DNA from: a virus
Taxonomy: Duplodnaviria; Heunggongvirae; Uroviricota; Caudoviricetes
Length of the DNA: 64,000 bases
IMG/VR virus record: IMGVR_UViG_3300045049_000270
Reading direction: 5' to 3' (one strand)
Under the pieces are notes generated by a model. That model worked only from the letters and a program-made list of their open reading frames with translations, did not search any database and had not been told where the DNA came from. This document shows positions 36,350 to 45,243 of the stretch, in pieces (positions within the stretch are counted from its first letter, which is position 1; the number at the start of each line of letters is the position of its first letter). Position numbers and translations under genes: made by a program.

Positions 36350-36778
36350 ATGACACAAGACGTCTCATTCGACCCAAACAACCCAGAACAAATATGGGAC
36401 ATCGTTAACCCAGCGGATGATGGGTATCTACTTGTTGAAGCAATGCGAGTAGCTGCTATTCCATTCACCGTAGCGCCCAACAGCTATGTCATGGTTAACG
36501 TGATTCATACTGCACGTGTTCAAGATTGGTCCCTACGTTGTTGGTTCAGTGTAAATCCTTATGGTGAAAGTTTGACGTTTTCAAACGACATGATTTCAAG
36601 TTGGGCGGCCCGTCGTAAGAAACTCTTCCAAATCTGTTTGTTCACAGGTAGTGCTCCAGGTACTGATCCAGAGGTGCCAGTGTACAGTTTGCGGATTCAA
36701 CCAGGTTCCTACCACCTTAACATACAAAACTTCTTTAATGGGCAAAATGGCTGCTATGTGCTATTGACTAATTCATAA
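36350..36778 (+). CDS. Hypothetical late protein (beta-rich)
   Basis: TAAATA in the loop of an upstream hairpin; ATG 36350. Confidence 0.6.
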   Translation: MTQDVSFDPNNPEQIWDIVNPADDGYLLVEAMRVAAIPFTVAPNSYVMVNVIHTARVQDWSLRCWFSVNPYGESLTFSNDMISSWAARRKKLFQICLFTGSAPGTDPEVPVYSLRIQPGSYHLNIQNFFNGQNGCYVLLTNS

Positions 36779-36819
36779 GCCAAGCTACAATAGGCAAACT
36801 AGTCAACACAGGAGCAAAC

Positions 36820-37491
36820 ATGCTGTATGGATTTCGTAAGGACGGTCTCGAAACCGTCGTAACCGCCAGCCACGGCAACACGCCGATTCTCTACAAATGG
36901 TACGAGGATCTCGCAAAAGATGATGACACGTTCATCGGTCGTCGCCAGACAGAATTCATGGACAAATTCACACATGAATTTGGTCGAGTACGTGAAGATG
37001 TTTTTGTGTTCTCTCACAAAGACACAGCACAGCAAGAAGCATTCATTACCAAGTATCAAATCACCATCCTGAACCCGCAAAATGCATGGGATCGTCACGA
37101 CGATATGGTCGACTTTGATGCACCCGATTACTACGATGTGAGCGAAACACGCACGATCGAGGAACTTGAAGGGTTGACTGAAGGCAATGATCGTTGGGAT
37201 CGCCGCACGGATGAACAGAAAGAAGCTGATAAGAAGATGAAGGAAATGATCGAGCAATTGAAGAAAGACGGCCAGATGAGCTCCGATGGAAGCTTCACGC
37301 CGCGCAAGCCCAAGAAAGGTGAAGGAAACCTTGCGCACGTGGATGAAATTCGCACCACACGCAATGCGGATGGTACGATTAGCATCGACAACGTACTTGC
37401 TAGAAAGGATTATAGCAATCTGCGCGAAGACGCAAAACAACAAGAACAAAAGGACTCGCAACAAGGTGAGAAAGGTGCCGATCCTGCCTGA
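36820..37491 (+). CDS. Acidic hypothetical protein
   Basis: AGGAG RBS, 223 aa. Confidence 0.75.
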   Translation: MLYGFRKDGLETVVTASHGNTPILYKWYEDLAKDDDTFIGRRQTEFMDKFTHEFGRVREDVFVFSHKDTAQQEAFITKYQITILNPQNAWDRHDDMVDFDAPDYYDVSETRTIEELEGLTEGNDRWDRRTDEQKEADKKMKEMIEQLKKDGQMSSDGSFTPRKPKKGEGNLAHVDEIRTTRNADGTISIDNVLARKDYSNLREDAKQQEQKDSQQGEKGADPA

Positions 37492-37840
37492 TAACGCAAC
37501 CTTGCGGATGTTTATTGACGCTATTGAAACTGATGGTGTTAACACGGCCGCACATGTGTTTATCAGTAATTACTTCCAACGTCCTGAATTTCAAGTTCTA
37601 ATCGAAAGTGAAACGTTACGAGAGGCAATGAAGGAAGCTATCAACGCTGATTTGGCAGTTCGGCGTGAAACAGTTGATGCTTCCTTTCTTAAATTGCTTT
37701 TTCCTGCCACCCGTCGCAAATTAAACAAATTGGTGGCAATTCGTGATGAGAAGTTCGAGAACTATGAGATGCTTCGTAGGTTGATTGCTTTAGATAATAA
37801 AGCAATCACGCTAACAAAGACACGATGGGCCAAAAAATAA
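37466..37840 (+). CDS. Hypothetical protein, distant paralog of the C-terminal part of 37929..38459
   Basis: ENYEMLRRL versus EDYEIIRRL; ESETLR versus DSETLR; start uncertain. Confidence 0.55.
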   Translation: MRKVPILPDNATLRMFIDAIETDGVNTAAHVFISNYFQRPEFQVLIESETLREAMKEAINADLAVRRETVDASFLKLLFPATRRKLNKLVAIRDEKFENYEMLRRLIALDNKAITLTKTRWAKK

Positions 37841-37928
37841 AAGAATAACCCACAATTCGAATTTCCAAATAAGAAGTAGACTGAATTGAATCAGTCTACT
37901 TCTTATCATATCTAATAAGAAATAGTTC

Positions 37929-38459
37929 ATGAGCAATAATTCAAATAACAAATGCATAATGCCAATAGTCAGAAGGATTATGCCAAACTTAGTTGCTGGG
38001 CAACTAGTTGGAGTACAGCCAATGAATCAATCAACTGGGTCGATTTTTACAGCAAAACCAGGTACAGGATTTGCTTCTGAAAAATACTACGCAATTGAGA
38101 AGCTGCGTGAACTGATTAGAAAATCGAAAGGATATCGAGAATACAAGGATTGGATTGGTCAATTCATTTATGAAATTATCAAATTAATTAATGCTGGTGA
38201 TGAACTAGATCTCATTCGAGAAGCAGGCTTTGGTGATTACATTGACAGTGAAACATTACGCATCTCTGCCAAATCTTTACTAGATTCACAATATGAATTG
38301 GCTGATGCCGCGGCAAACAAATTTGAAGGGATGTCAAAACATGATATCGATTTACTTTGTGCAGAGCTTGATAGCAAACACGAAGATTATGAAATAATCA
38401 GGCGATTAGTTAATCCTGATAATCCAGATACGTTGTTATTATCTAGATTAACATACTGA
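37929..38459 (+). CDS. Protein with an N-terminal T4 gp23 Gol-peptide-like segment
   Basis: IMPIVRRIMPNLVAGQLVGVQPMNQSTGSIF matches the gp23 VRRxxPNLxAxxxxGVQPMxxPTG signature, but the ORF is only 176 aa. Confidence 0.75.
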   Translation: MSNNSNNKCIMPIVRRIMPNLVAGQLVGVQPMNQSTGSIFTAKPGTGFASEKYYAIEKLRELIRKSKGYREYKDWIGQFIYEIIKLINAGDELDLIREAGFGDYIDSETLRISAKSLLDSQYELADAAANKFEGMSKHDIDLLCAELDSKHEDYEIIRRLVNPDNPDTLLLSRLTY

Positions 38460-38519
38460 AAATGATGAAAACGGCCATTTGGCCGTTTTCATCATTTGGG
38501 TCTAACGAACATCAGTAAT

Positions 38520-38780
38520 TTACAGAGCCTTGAACAAAGCTATGATCTTTGCAATGATCTTTGCCATGAAACCTTGCTTCTTAACTTCTTCAACCACTGG
38601 TTGCACATCAGCAACAACTTGTTGAGCATCAGTCTTAACATCAGCAACCACTGGTTGAATAGCGTTTGTAACTGTTTGAGCTACATCTGATGCAACAGTT
38701 TGTGCGGTGTCAGCAACTTGGGCTGCAACTTGTGAAGCTTGGTCTACAATATTCTGTACGTTTGTTGTAATATCTGCCAT
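38520..38780 (-). CDS. Small repetitive (VADV) protein with basic amphipathic C-terminus
   Basis: AGGAG RBS, TAAATA upstream, terminator 38461-38496. Confidence 0.7.
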   Translation of the reverse strand: MADITTNVQNIVDQASQVAAQVADTAQTVASDVAQTVTNAIQPVVADVKTDAQQVVADVQPVVEEVKKQGFMAKIIAKIIALFKAL

Positions 38781-38991
38781 TTTTTCTTTCTCCTATCAAA
38801 TGAAGACGGGCCTACGTCCTCGTTATTATTTAGTGATAGAAGAAAACTATTTATACCTACCTATTAATTTGTAAAATCTGTAACGGCATAAGCTTGACTA
38901 CCGAAATTGATTAGTATTAAGTTTGGGTGCGGTCAAAATATTTGATCCTGAATGGATGAGTGTAAAATGGCAAATCATTAAGGAGAATGGA

Positions 38992-39354
38992 ATGCCAGAT
39001 TCACTTAAACGACTTCGAAAGCTTGCTGGAGTGGGTGAGCGAGAAGTTACAAAGGAAGACGACAAAAACTATGACGCTGAGATTGAAGAATTCGAAGCAC
39101 AAGAACGCCGTGAAGTGGCAGTCAAACAAACGATCGTAGCGACGTTTAAGCAGCTTGGTTTGACTGTTATTAAGGTTGAGTACGACGAACATCCAGAACG
39201 ATCTGCAACAGTCATTCTTGATGATGAACCTCTAGGATGGTCTCTCAAAAAGTTGGCACAGCTTTATAATACCAACCTATCTGACGAATATAAGGTTGGC
39301 GTTTACGACGTGAATATTGAAGTCTACTTTCGAGTACGTGACGATGTGAAATAA
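38992..39354 (+). CDS. Hypothetical protein (LxRLRKLAG N-terminal motif)
   Basis: AAGGAG RBS before ATG 38992. Confidence 0.65.
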   Translation: MPDSLKRLRKLAGVGEREVTKEDDKNYDAEIEEFEAQERREVAVKQTIVATFKQLGLTVIKVEYDEHPERSATVILDDEPLGWSLKKLAQLYNTNLSDEYKVGVYDVNIEVYFRVRDDVK

Positions 39355-39380
39355 TCACTTAGCTTTCATAAATAACCTTT

Positions 39381-39932
39381 ATGAAAGCTAGTGACATTTC
39401 CCAACCCAGTGTGAAAACAACCATCCAAAAACTACAGCAAGATGGCTATAAAGTCATCGGCCGTGGTGCTGCTGCCATTGTCCTTGCAAAAGAACAAGGT
39501 GATGTGATCAAAATTGGATCCACCCATGATGGATGGTTGACCTATGCTAAAGCTTGTGAAGGTATGAATAATCCATACCTTCCGCATATCAAAACCTTGT
39601 CTATTCATGATGGTTATTATGTTGCTGAAGTCGAACGTTTGAAAGACATTCCAGAATCATTTCACTCCACTAAACTTTACAAGCAAATCGTTGCATGGTT
39701 GGCTATTGTTTGTAAATGGGTTAATGGTCGTGATACATATCTTAGCCGATACACGCCAGATCAAATTAAGAAACTCGCAAAGGGTCTTGTATCTGAACAT
39801 CCAGACTTAGTAGCTGCTCTTAAGTTAATTGGTATGAATAAGGGCACTCATAAATTTGATGTGCATCCTGACAACATCATGAAACGATCTGATGGTCATC
39901 TAGTTCTTAGTGATCCTCTCGCCACGCTATAA
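39381..39932 (+). CDS. Minimal protein-kinase-like protein
   Basis: IGRGAAAIV Gly loop, VIKIG lysine, DVHPDNIM catalytic loop, LSDP; late promoter. Confidence 0.75.
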   Translation: MKASDISQPSVKTTIQKLQQDGYKVIGRGAAAIVLAKEQGDVIKIGSTHDGWLTYAKACEGMNNPYLPHIKTLSIHDGYYVAEVERLKDIPESFHSTKLYKQIVAWLAIVCKWVNGRDTYLSRYTPDQIKKLAKGLVSEHPDLVAALKLIGMNKGTHKFDVHPDNIMKRSDGHLVLSDPLATL

Positions 39933-39970
39933 ATTGATATAACTGACACACTACCGTATAGTGTGTCACT

Positions 39971-41023
39971 ATGAGAACGAAAAGAGTTTTAGTTACTGGT
40001 GCTGCTGGATTCATCGGCAATTATGTTGCACGCAGTCTTGCTAATTTTGGTTGTAGGGTAACTGCTGTTGACAATATTCAACATGTTTATACTACCAATC
40101 CCATCGATATGCTGAAGTCGTTACGACTGAAGCGTCTTGTTATGTTTTCGCCATCACAATTGCGCTATGACAATTGTGATTTGACCAATTTTTCCGATGT
40201 TGAACGCCTTTTCTCATATGAGAATTTTGATGTAGTAGTGCATCTAGCTGCCGAAACTGGTGTTCAACCTTCAATGAAGAATCCACATTTGTATGCTCAA
40301 GCAAACATGCTTGGATTCACTAATGTGATCGAACATTCAGCACGACATGAAGTAGCGAATTTCATATATGCTTCATCAAGCAGTGTATATGGAGCTAATG
40401 CGCAATTACCAATGCGTGAAGATGCTGATGTCAATAAACCATTGAGTTTTTATGCGGCGACTAAACGTTCTAATGAACTGATAGCGTATTCATATTCAGA
40501 AACTCGAAACCTGCAGACTACTGGCCTTCGGTTCTTTACTGTATTTGGACCTTATGGACGTCTTGATATGGCTCCATATCGTTTTGTTGATTCAATATTA
40601 AATGGTCATCCAATCGAGCTTTATAACTTCGGTAACAATCAACGTGATTTTACCCACATTTCAATGGTTGAATATGCGGTAACACAATTAGTTCGCCAGA
40701 CGTTTGTTCAGCAAATGCAATTTATTAATTTGCCATTGAAATATAGAATTTATAATGTCGGTACTGGTGAACCAATTTCAACAAAGCAATTTCTCAATGA
40801 ATTAGAAACTATAATTGGTATGAAGGCTAATGCATTATACACCAATTCAATTACAGGTGATGTTAATGATACGCATGCTTGCACAGAATCTATGAAGTTG
40901 AATGGATTGTACATGCATCATAACAAAACCCGCACCGCTCAACTTGTTGAGCTTGTCAACTGGGTGAAGCTGTTTCAAACACATGGACAACAACCCATAC
41001 CAGCCCATCCTCTCAAAATCTAG
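39971..41023 (+). CDS. NAD-dependent nucleotide-sugar epimerase (UDP-glucuronate 4-epimerase-like)
   Basis: VTGAAGFIG, HLAA, YASSSSVYG, YAATK, LRFFTVFGPYGRLDMA, RDFT. Confidence 0.92.
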   Translation: MRTKRVLVTGAAGFIGNYVARSLANFGCRVTAVDNIQHVYTTNPIDMLKSLRLKRLVMFSPSQLRYDNCDLTNFSDVERLFSYENFDVVVHLAAETGVQPSMKNPHLYAQANMLGFTNVIEHSARHEVANFIYASSSSVYGANAQLPMREDADVNKPLSFYAATKRSNELIAYSYSETRNLQTTGLRFFTVFGPYGRLDMAPYRFVDSILNGHPIELYNFGNNQRDFTHISMVEYAVTQLVRQTFVQQMQFINLPLKYRIYNVGTGEPISTKQFLNELETIIGMKANALYTNSITGDVNDTHACTESMKLNGLYMHHNKTRTAQLVELVNWVKLFQTHGQQPIPAHPLKI

Positions 41024-41092
41024 TTCACCTAGTGTTGCATTCTGCACCAATTGACTATACAATTGGCACATAGTCAAAGACTGAGGAATGTA

Positions 41093-41713
41093 ATGCCGCT
41101 TGTATCCGTATGGAAATGCCCTCGAACTGGTAAGCTTTTCGAACGCAAACGTGCTTATATCAAGTACCTTCGGAGCATTGCGAGTCAAAACCTCGAATCG
41201 AAAAAACGTCGGCGCCGGTACAAAGTCATAGTTGATTCTGAAGCCGCGATGCGCGAACGCGTCAACACGCCGCAAGAAATTGTTCAATGGTATTACCATA
41301 ATTGGGACGAATTGGTATATCAATGCTGGGAGCGCGAGCTTAACGCTTGTTATAAGGACCATATATTTGACCTAAAACGAGCACCCAAGATTTTGCAAAT
41401 GAAATTGCAACTCAGCCGAACATCAGATATTTCTGGTTTCTGGCAGAAGAAAGACCCTAACCACGTTCCAAAGCCTGGTTTTAGCGGTACGGTTGAAGTT
41501 GAAATGTTTTGCCCCAAGGGCTCCTATTCACTGGGCAGCGAGATATTTGATATCACACGTAGTATAGTTACTGGTGGTGGGAACGGTGGATCAGCTATGC
41601 GCTATAGCTGCACGTTATCAGATGATCTTTGGCCCGGTTTGGTTATTGGTTGGAATCGAGCACAAGCTTTTAAGAAAGTTGCTATGCCGTTCACATCTCC
41701 TGAGTTCATATAA
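41093..41713 (+). CDS. Paralog family C member 1
   Basis: WKCPRTGKLF, NWDE, TGGGNGG, WPGL, PEFI. Confidence 0.75.
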   Translation: MPLVSVWKCPRTGKLFERKRAYIKYLRSIASQNLESKKRRRRYKVIVDSEAAMRERVNTPQEIVQWYYHNWDELVYQCWERELNACYKDHIFDLKRAPKILQMKLQLSRTSDISGFWQKKDPNHVPKPGFSGTVEVEMFCPKGSYSLGSEIFDITRSIVTGGGNGGSAMRYSCTLSDDLWPGLVIGWNRAQAFKKVAMPFTSPEFI

Positions 41714-42261
41714 TGGATGAAAAACAATTTTTTGCAAATGCGCGACGCACGATTGAATCGATGGCTGAACTTGGTAAGTTCATAGGGGTCAATTGGGAAT
41801 ATTTCGGCCGAAACGGGTTTAAAAATTCACCAGACCAACAAGGCAAATATGACTCAGAGCGTCTAGCTTCAATAGCCACCACTAGATGGGAAGGCATCGA
41901 CTATGAAAAAATGATCTCTAGTTATCACTATGCTGATTCCGGTGATGAGCCATTTTGGCGCATCTTTATTCATATGATTTTGAAGCATCCAGACCTTGAA
42001 ATTTCGTCGAGGCATTTTTTTCCGAAGACGGATAAGAAAACATATTGGCTCAAAGCAAATACCTATTTCGAGGATACTGGTATTCTTGTGGTTAATTGGT
42101 CACGATCTGTTGATCGATATTACACAGGTGATGAAGGTTTGGTTATTGATGCCAGACTTATGAGAAAGGATTGGCCAGCATTGGCCAATTCGTGGGACCA
42201 AATGCAAGTTATGAAACGTATGTGCCCTGATGACGCACATACGTTACCTGATTTCATTTAA
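41713..42261 (+). CDS. Paralog family C member 2
   Basis: NWEYF, YFEDTGI, DWPAL, PDFI. Confidence 0.7.
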   Translation: MDEKQFFANARRTIESMAELGKFIGVNWEYFGRNGFKNSPDQQGKYDSERLASIATTRWEGIDYEKMISSYHYADSGDEPFWRIFIHMILKHPDLEISSRHFFPKTDKKTYWLKANTYFEDTGILVVNWSRSVDRYYTGDEGLVIDARLMRKDWPALANSWDQMQVMKRMCPDDAHTLPDFI

Positions 42262-42270
42262 AGGAATATC

Positions 42271-42945
42271 ATGCCCCAAATTTTAGCTTGGGAATGTCCA
42301 AAGACTGGCGCCCTATTCAAAGAAAAAAGTGATTATGTTGCTCATCTAAAGGCATATGCAAAGCAACAGCTACTTGATCGAGCACATAAACGATATGTGT
42401 CCGGAAAAGAAGCATTTTTCCGGCAGATGCGTGAACAAGTAGAAGACTTCGATCAGTTGAAACAATTCATCTTCGACAACTGGGAACATTTTTGTCGAAA
42501 TGCCCATGATCGTGATACTTGGTATAACCGTGATATATCATTTGATTTTTCAAAATGGGCAAAGCCAAAGGCTATCCATCTTGATCTAAGATGGAGTGAT
42601 AGGGTCAGCAATTCACACAACTGCCCAGGAAATGGTGTCACGAATTGGCATGGATCTCCTGATCTGCCAAAAGGTTATCCTGGTTGGTATGGTCGTATCG
42701 AAATAAAATGGGAAAGCAATACTAACCTAAACAGACTGAAATCCTGTTTGGGTAGTTCATACTTCGATAAAAGTGGAATTCACACAGGGTCGGGTAGTGG
42801 TAATGAACTTGGATTTTCACAAGGTCTTGAAATCTTCTATGAAGATTGGCCGGGACTTGCAAAAACTCGTGATCTTGAACAAGTGACGCTCCGTATGTTT
42901 GCTGATGGTTCAAAAGTACCAGAAGAATTCAAACCAACAGTGTAA
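42271..42945 (+). CDS. Paralog family C member 3
   Basis: WECPKTGALF, NWEHF, SNSHNCP, GIHTGSGSG, DWPGL. Confidence 0.75.
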   Translation: MPQILAWECPKTGALFKEKSDYVAHLKAYAKQQLLDRAHKRYVSGKEAFFRQMREQVEDFDQLKQFIFDNWEHFCRNAHDRDTWYNRDISFDFSKWAKPKAIHLDLRWSDRVSNSHNCPGNGVTNWHGSPDLPKGYPGWYGRIEIKWESNTNLNRLKSCLGSSYFDKSGIHTGSGSGNELGFSQGLEIFYEDWPGLAKTRDLEQVTLRMFADGSKVPEEFKPTV

Positions 42946-43218
42946 ATGATGAAGGCAATCAAACTTGATTATGTCACTCGTTGGTGTCTCTTGACGAAAA
43001 AGAATTCATATCGACAAGAAACTTCCAAATGGAAGGAATGGTTTGCCTGGAAACCAATCGTAATAAATGGCAAACGCTACTGGTTGCAGAAGGTCTTTCG
43101 TCGTGAAATCTTGCTTCATATTGAATACGTCAACCCCGAAACAAATGAATTGATAAAACAAGTTGGTCGAGTACAATACGAATATACCACCTTGATTGAC
43201 TACCTCAGCAACTTTTAA
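42946..43218 (+). CDS. Trp-rich small protein
   Basis: WKEWFAWKPI...WLQKVFRR. Confidence 0.65.
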   Translation: MMKAIKLDYVTRWCLLTKKNSYRQETSKWKEWFAWKPIVINGKRYWLQKVFRREILLHIEYVNPETNELIKQVGRVQYEYTTLIDYLSNF

Positions 43219-43224
43219 GTTAAT

Positions 43225-43440
43225 ATGCCAACTCTAACTGAATGGAAAGAAGTGTTCATATGGTGGCCAATTCAATATCGGAATCGTTGGGTTTGGTTTG
43301 AAAAAGTTTGGCGACGGAAACGCTATGTAACAAGCCAAGGTGATACAGTAAAAATCAACGAATATTGGACACTCGAAGACAAATTGGCTGGTATTCCAGC
43401 ATGGTCAGAATTAGGTGGAGAAGTCGGAAAAGTATTTTGA
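43225..43440 (+). CDS. Trp-rich small protein, paralog of previous
   Basis: WKEVFIWWPI...WFEKVWRR. Confidence 0.65.
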   Translation: MPTLTEWKEVFIWWPIQYRNRWVWFEKVWRRKRYVTSQGDTVKINEYWTLEDKLAGIPAWSELGGEVGKVF

Positions 43441-43467
43441 CTGGCCACTTATGGAAGTGTATAAATA

Positions 43468-43614
43468 GAAGTACGGTGAGAGATAGACTCAAGCTGCTTT
43501 ACTTCATGGGAATCATGAAGTTCATGTTTTACAGCAAGAATCATCCCCCGATTGTTTCACAATTTATTATCGATTAGCGGATAGACTGCTTCTCGTCTTT
43601 ACTTCATAGGAATT
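43468..43614 (+). promoter_or_regulatory. Leader with two G-ATAGA-C hairpins and a 20-codon uORF (43515-43577)
   Basis: GAG-ATAGA-CTC and AGCGG-ATAGA-CTGCT, each followed by CTTTACTTCATRGGAATYATG. Confidence 0.7.
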
Positions 43615-44727
43615 ATGATGGCAAATATCATTACCGCTCCATCAGAGCGCGTTGATACAATCAACTTCATTCTGCGTGGGCAACCACAGCATAACGCTCA
43701 CGAAAAGACAATGATCGAGGCGGCCAAGCGCTGCGGTACGCTTAACCTCATTTACGGTTCGGCAAACCAGCCTCGTGACGAAGACAACCCCTTCTATCAA
43801 GAAGAACGTATTGAAGTTGGCAAGCGTATCACTACCAACTTCAAGCAAAAATACGGCTGTGATGTCAATTTCGTGGCTGTTGAAAACAGCCTATACAACA
43901 ACACCCAATGGGCAAAGTGGGTGGCTGAAGCAGTGAAGCCATATGCTTATGGCAACGTCAAGCTTATCGGCCATAACAAGGATGAATCAAGTTTCTACTT
44001 GCATATGTTCCCACAGTGGGGTAAGCCGATTCTGACTGAGCAATTCGACATTCTCGATGCTACAACCATTCGAGAGCTTTATTTCAGCAAGAAGAACAAT
44101 TTGGATTTCTTCCGTCACGTCTGCCCAGATGCAACGATCAGCTTTCTCGAAGAATTCATGCATACGGCCGCATATGACTACATTTGTGAAGCACAAGCAT
44201 TCATTAAGAATTACCTGAAACAGTTCGAAGCATATCCATATCCACCGATCTTCCAAACTGGTGACGCAATTGTCATCAAGGCGGGTCACGTTTTGATGGG
44301 AACTCGCCGTTCCCATCCTGGCAAGGATTTGGATGCATTTCCTGGTGGTTACATGAATGCCAAGACCTATGTCAACAAACAAGGAAAGCTTATCAAGGCT
44401 GATGCGAGCGTGCTTGATACCGCTATTCGAGAATTGGTAGAAGAAGTCAAGATCAAAGTTCCCGAAAAGATCCTTCGCAAGAACATCATTGCAGAAAAAC
44501 GCTTCGATCATGAAAAGCGTGATCGTCGTGGTCGGGTTATTACTACTACGCAACTTATTTTGCTTGATGATCCGGACAATCCTGATTTGCCAGATGTAAA
44601 GGGCCGCGACGACCTACGTTCTGCAGGATTCAAGTTGATTGGTGATGTGCAACGTCGCAATTGCTATGCTGATCATTACGATCAATTGCTTTGGGCCCAA
44701 GGTCAACTGTCCAATGTTCAACGATAA
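43615..44727 (+). CDS. Bifunctional NMN adenylyltransferase / Nudix ADP-ribose pyrophosphatase (NadM-Nudix)
   Basis: RGQPQHNAH, GSAN, NPF, GHNKDESSFYLHMFPQW, ATTIRE; Nudix PGG...AIRELVEE, RGRVIT. Confidence 0.92.
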   Translation: MMANIITAPSERVDTINFILRGQPQHNAHEKTMIEAAKRCGTLNLIYGSANQPRDEDNPFYQEERIEVGKRITTNFKQKYGCDVNFVAVENSLYNNTQWAKWVAEAVKPYAYGNVKLIGHNKDESSFYLHMFPQWGKPILTEQFDILDATTIRELYFSKKNNLDFFRHVCPDATISFLEEFMHTAAYDYICEAQAFIKNYLKQFEAYPYPPIFQTGDAIVIKAGHVLMGTRRSHPGKDLDAFPGGYMNAKTYVNKQGKLIKADASVLDTAIRELVEEVKIKVPEKILRKNIIAEKRFDHEKRDRRGRVITTTQLILLDDPDNPDLPDVKGRDDLRSAGFKLIGDVQRRNCYADHYDQLLWAQGQLSNVQR

Positions 44728-44732
44728 AAATC

Positions 44733-45131
44733 ATGACACAAATTTCGCAAGAGAGACTGGAAGAGATCGAAGAAGGTCTTGGATATACATTTTCACAGTC
44801 TGAAGCCACCCATTTCCGAAAATTGGTTATGGAAAGCAGAAAGAAAGAAGTAATCAAAATTCTCGAATATTACAAACTCTCTAGCGAAGATGCTGAAGCA
44901 TTTTATCACTACATAAAGAAGAAAGTGAAAGGTGATAATTTGGTATGGCGCGAAATAGATAAAGCGTTAGTCAAAGAAAGTGAAACTTACCTTTTCCGTT
45001 ATGGCAATCATTGCGTTTATACTATGGTTTTCAGTTTGCCTGGTAAGAAACCATATATTTTCTTTGAAAACCAAATGATTGAAATAGAAAAAGTTCATCA
45101 AGTATGGATTGGTGAAGCAGGTAAGAAATAA
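44733..45131 (+). CDS. Hypothetical protein between the NAD genes
   Basis: AT-rich 132 aa ORF. Confidence 0.6.
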   Translation: MTQISQERLEEIEEGLGYTFSQSEATHFRKLVMESRKKEVIKILEYYKLSSEDAEAFYHYIKKKVKGDNLVWREIDKALVKESETYLFRYGNHCVYTMVFSLPGKKPYIFFENQMIEIEKVHQVWIGEAGKK

Positions 45132-45197
45132 CCACCTTAATATTGTGCCATTTGTATAGGCTTTTACAATTGGCAGAGTAGTACTTTAACCCAAAGT

Positions 45198-45217
45198 CCC
45201 CGAAGATAGACTTGGGG
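45198..45217 (+). promoter_or_regulatory. Third G-ATAGA-C hairpin, upstream of NAMPT
   Basis: CCCCGAAG-ATAGA-CTTGGGG, then a T-run and AAGGAA RBS. Confidence 0.7.
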
Positions 45218-45243
45218 CATTTTTTTGATAAAGGAATTTTATC

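Noticed and set aside
37929-38459. Calling this the major capsid protein gene
   Set aside because: Only ~30 residues match gp23; the ORF is 176 aa and the remainder is unrelated.
45198-45227. Treating the hairpin before NAMPT as only an intrinsic terminator
   Set aside because: It has a T-run, but its ATAGA loop is shared with two hairpins lacking T-runs and it lies between promoter and RBS; kept as a regulatory motif, with attenuation still possible.
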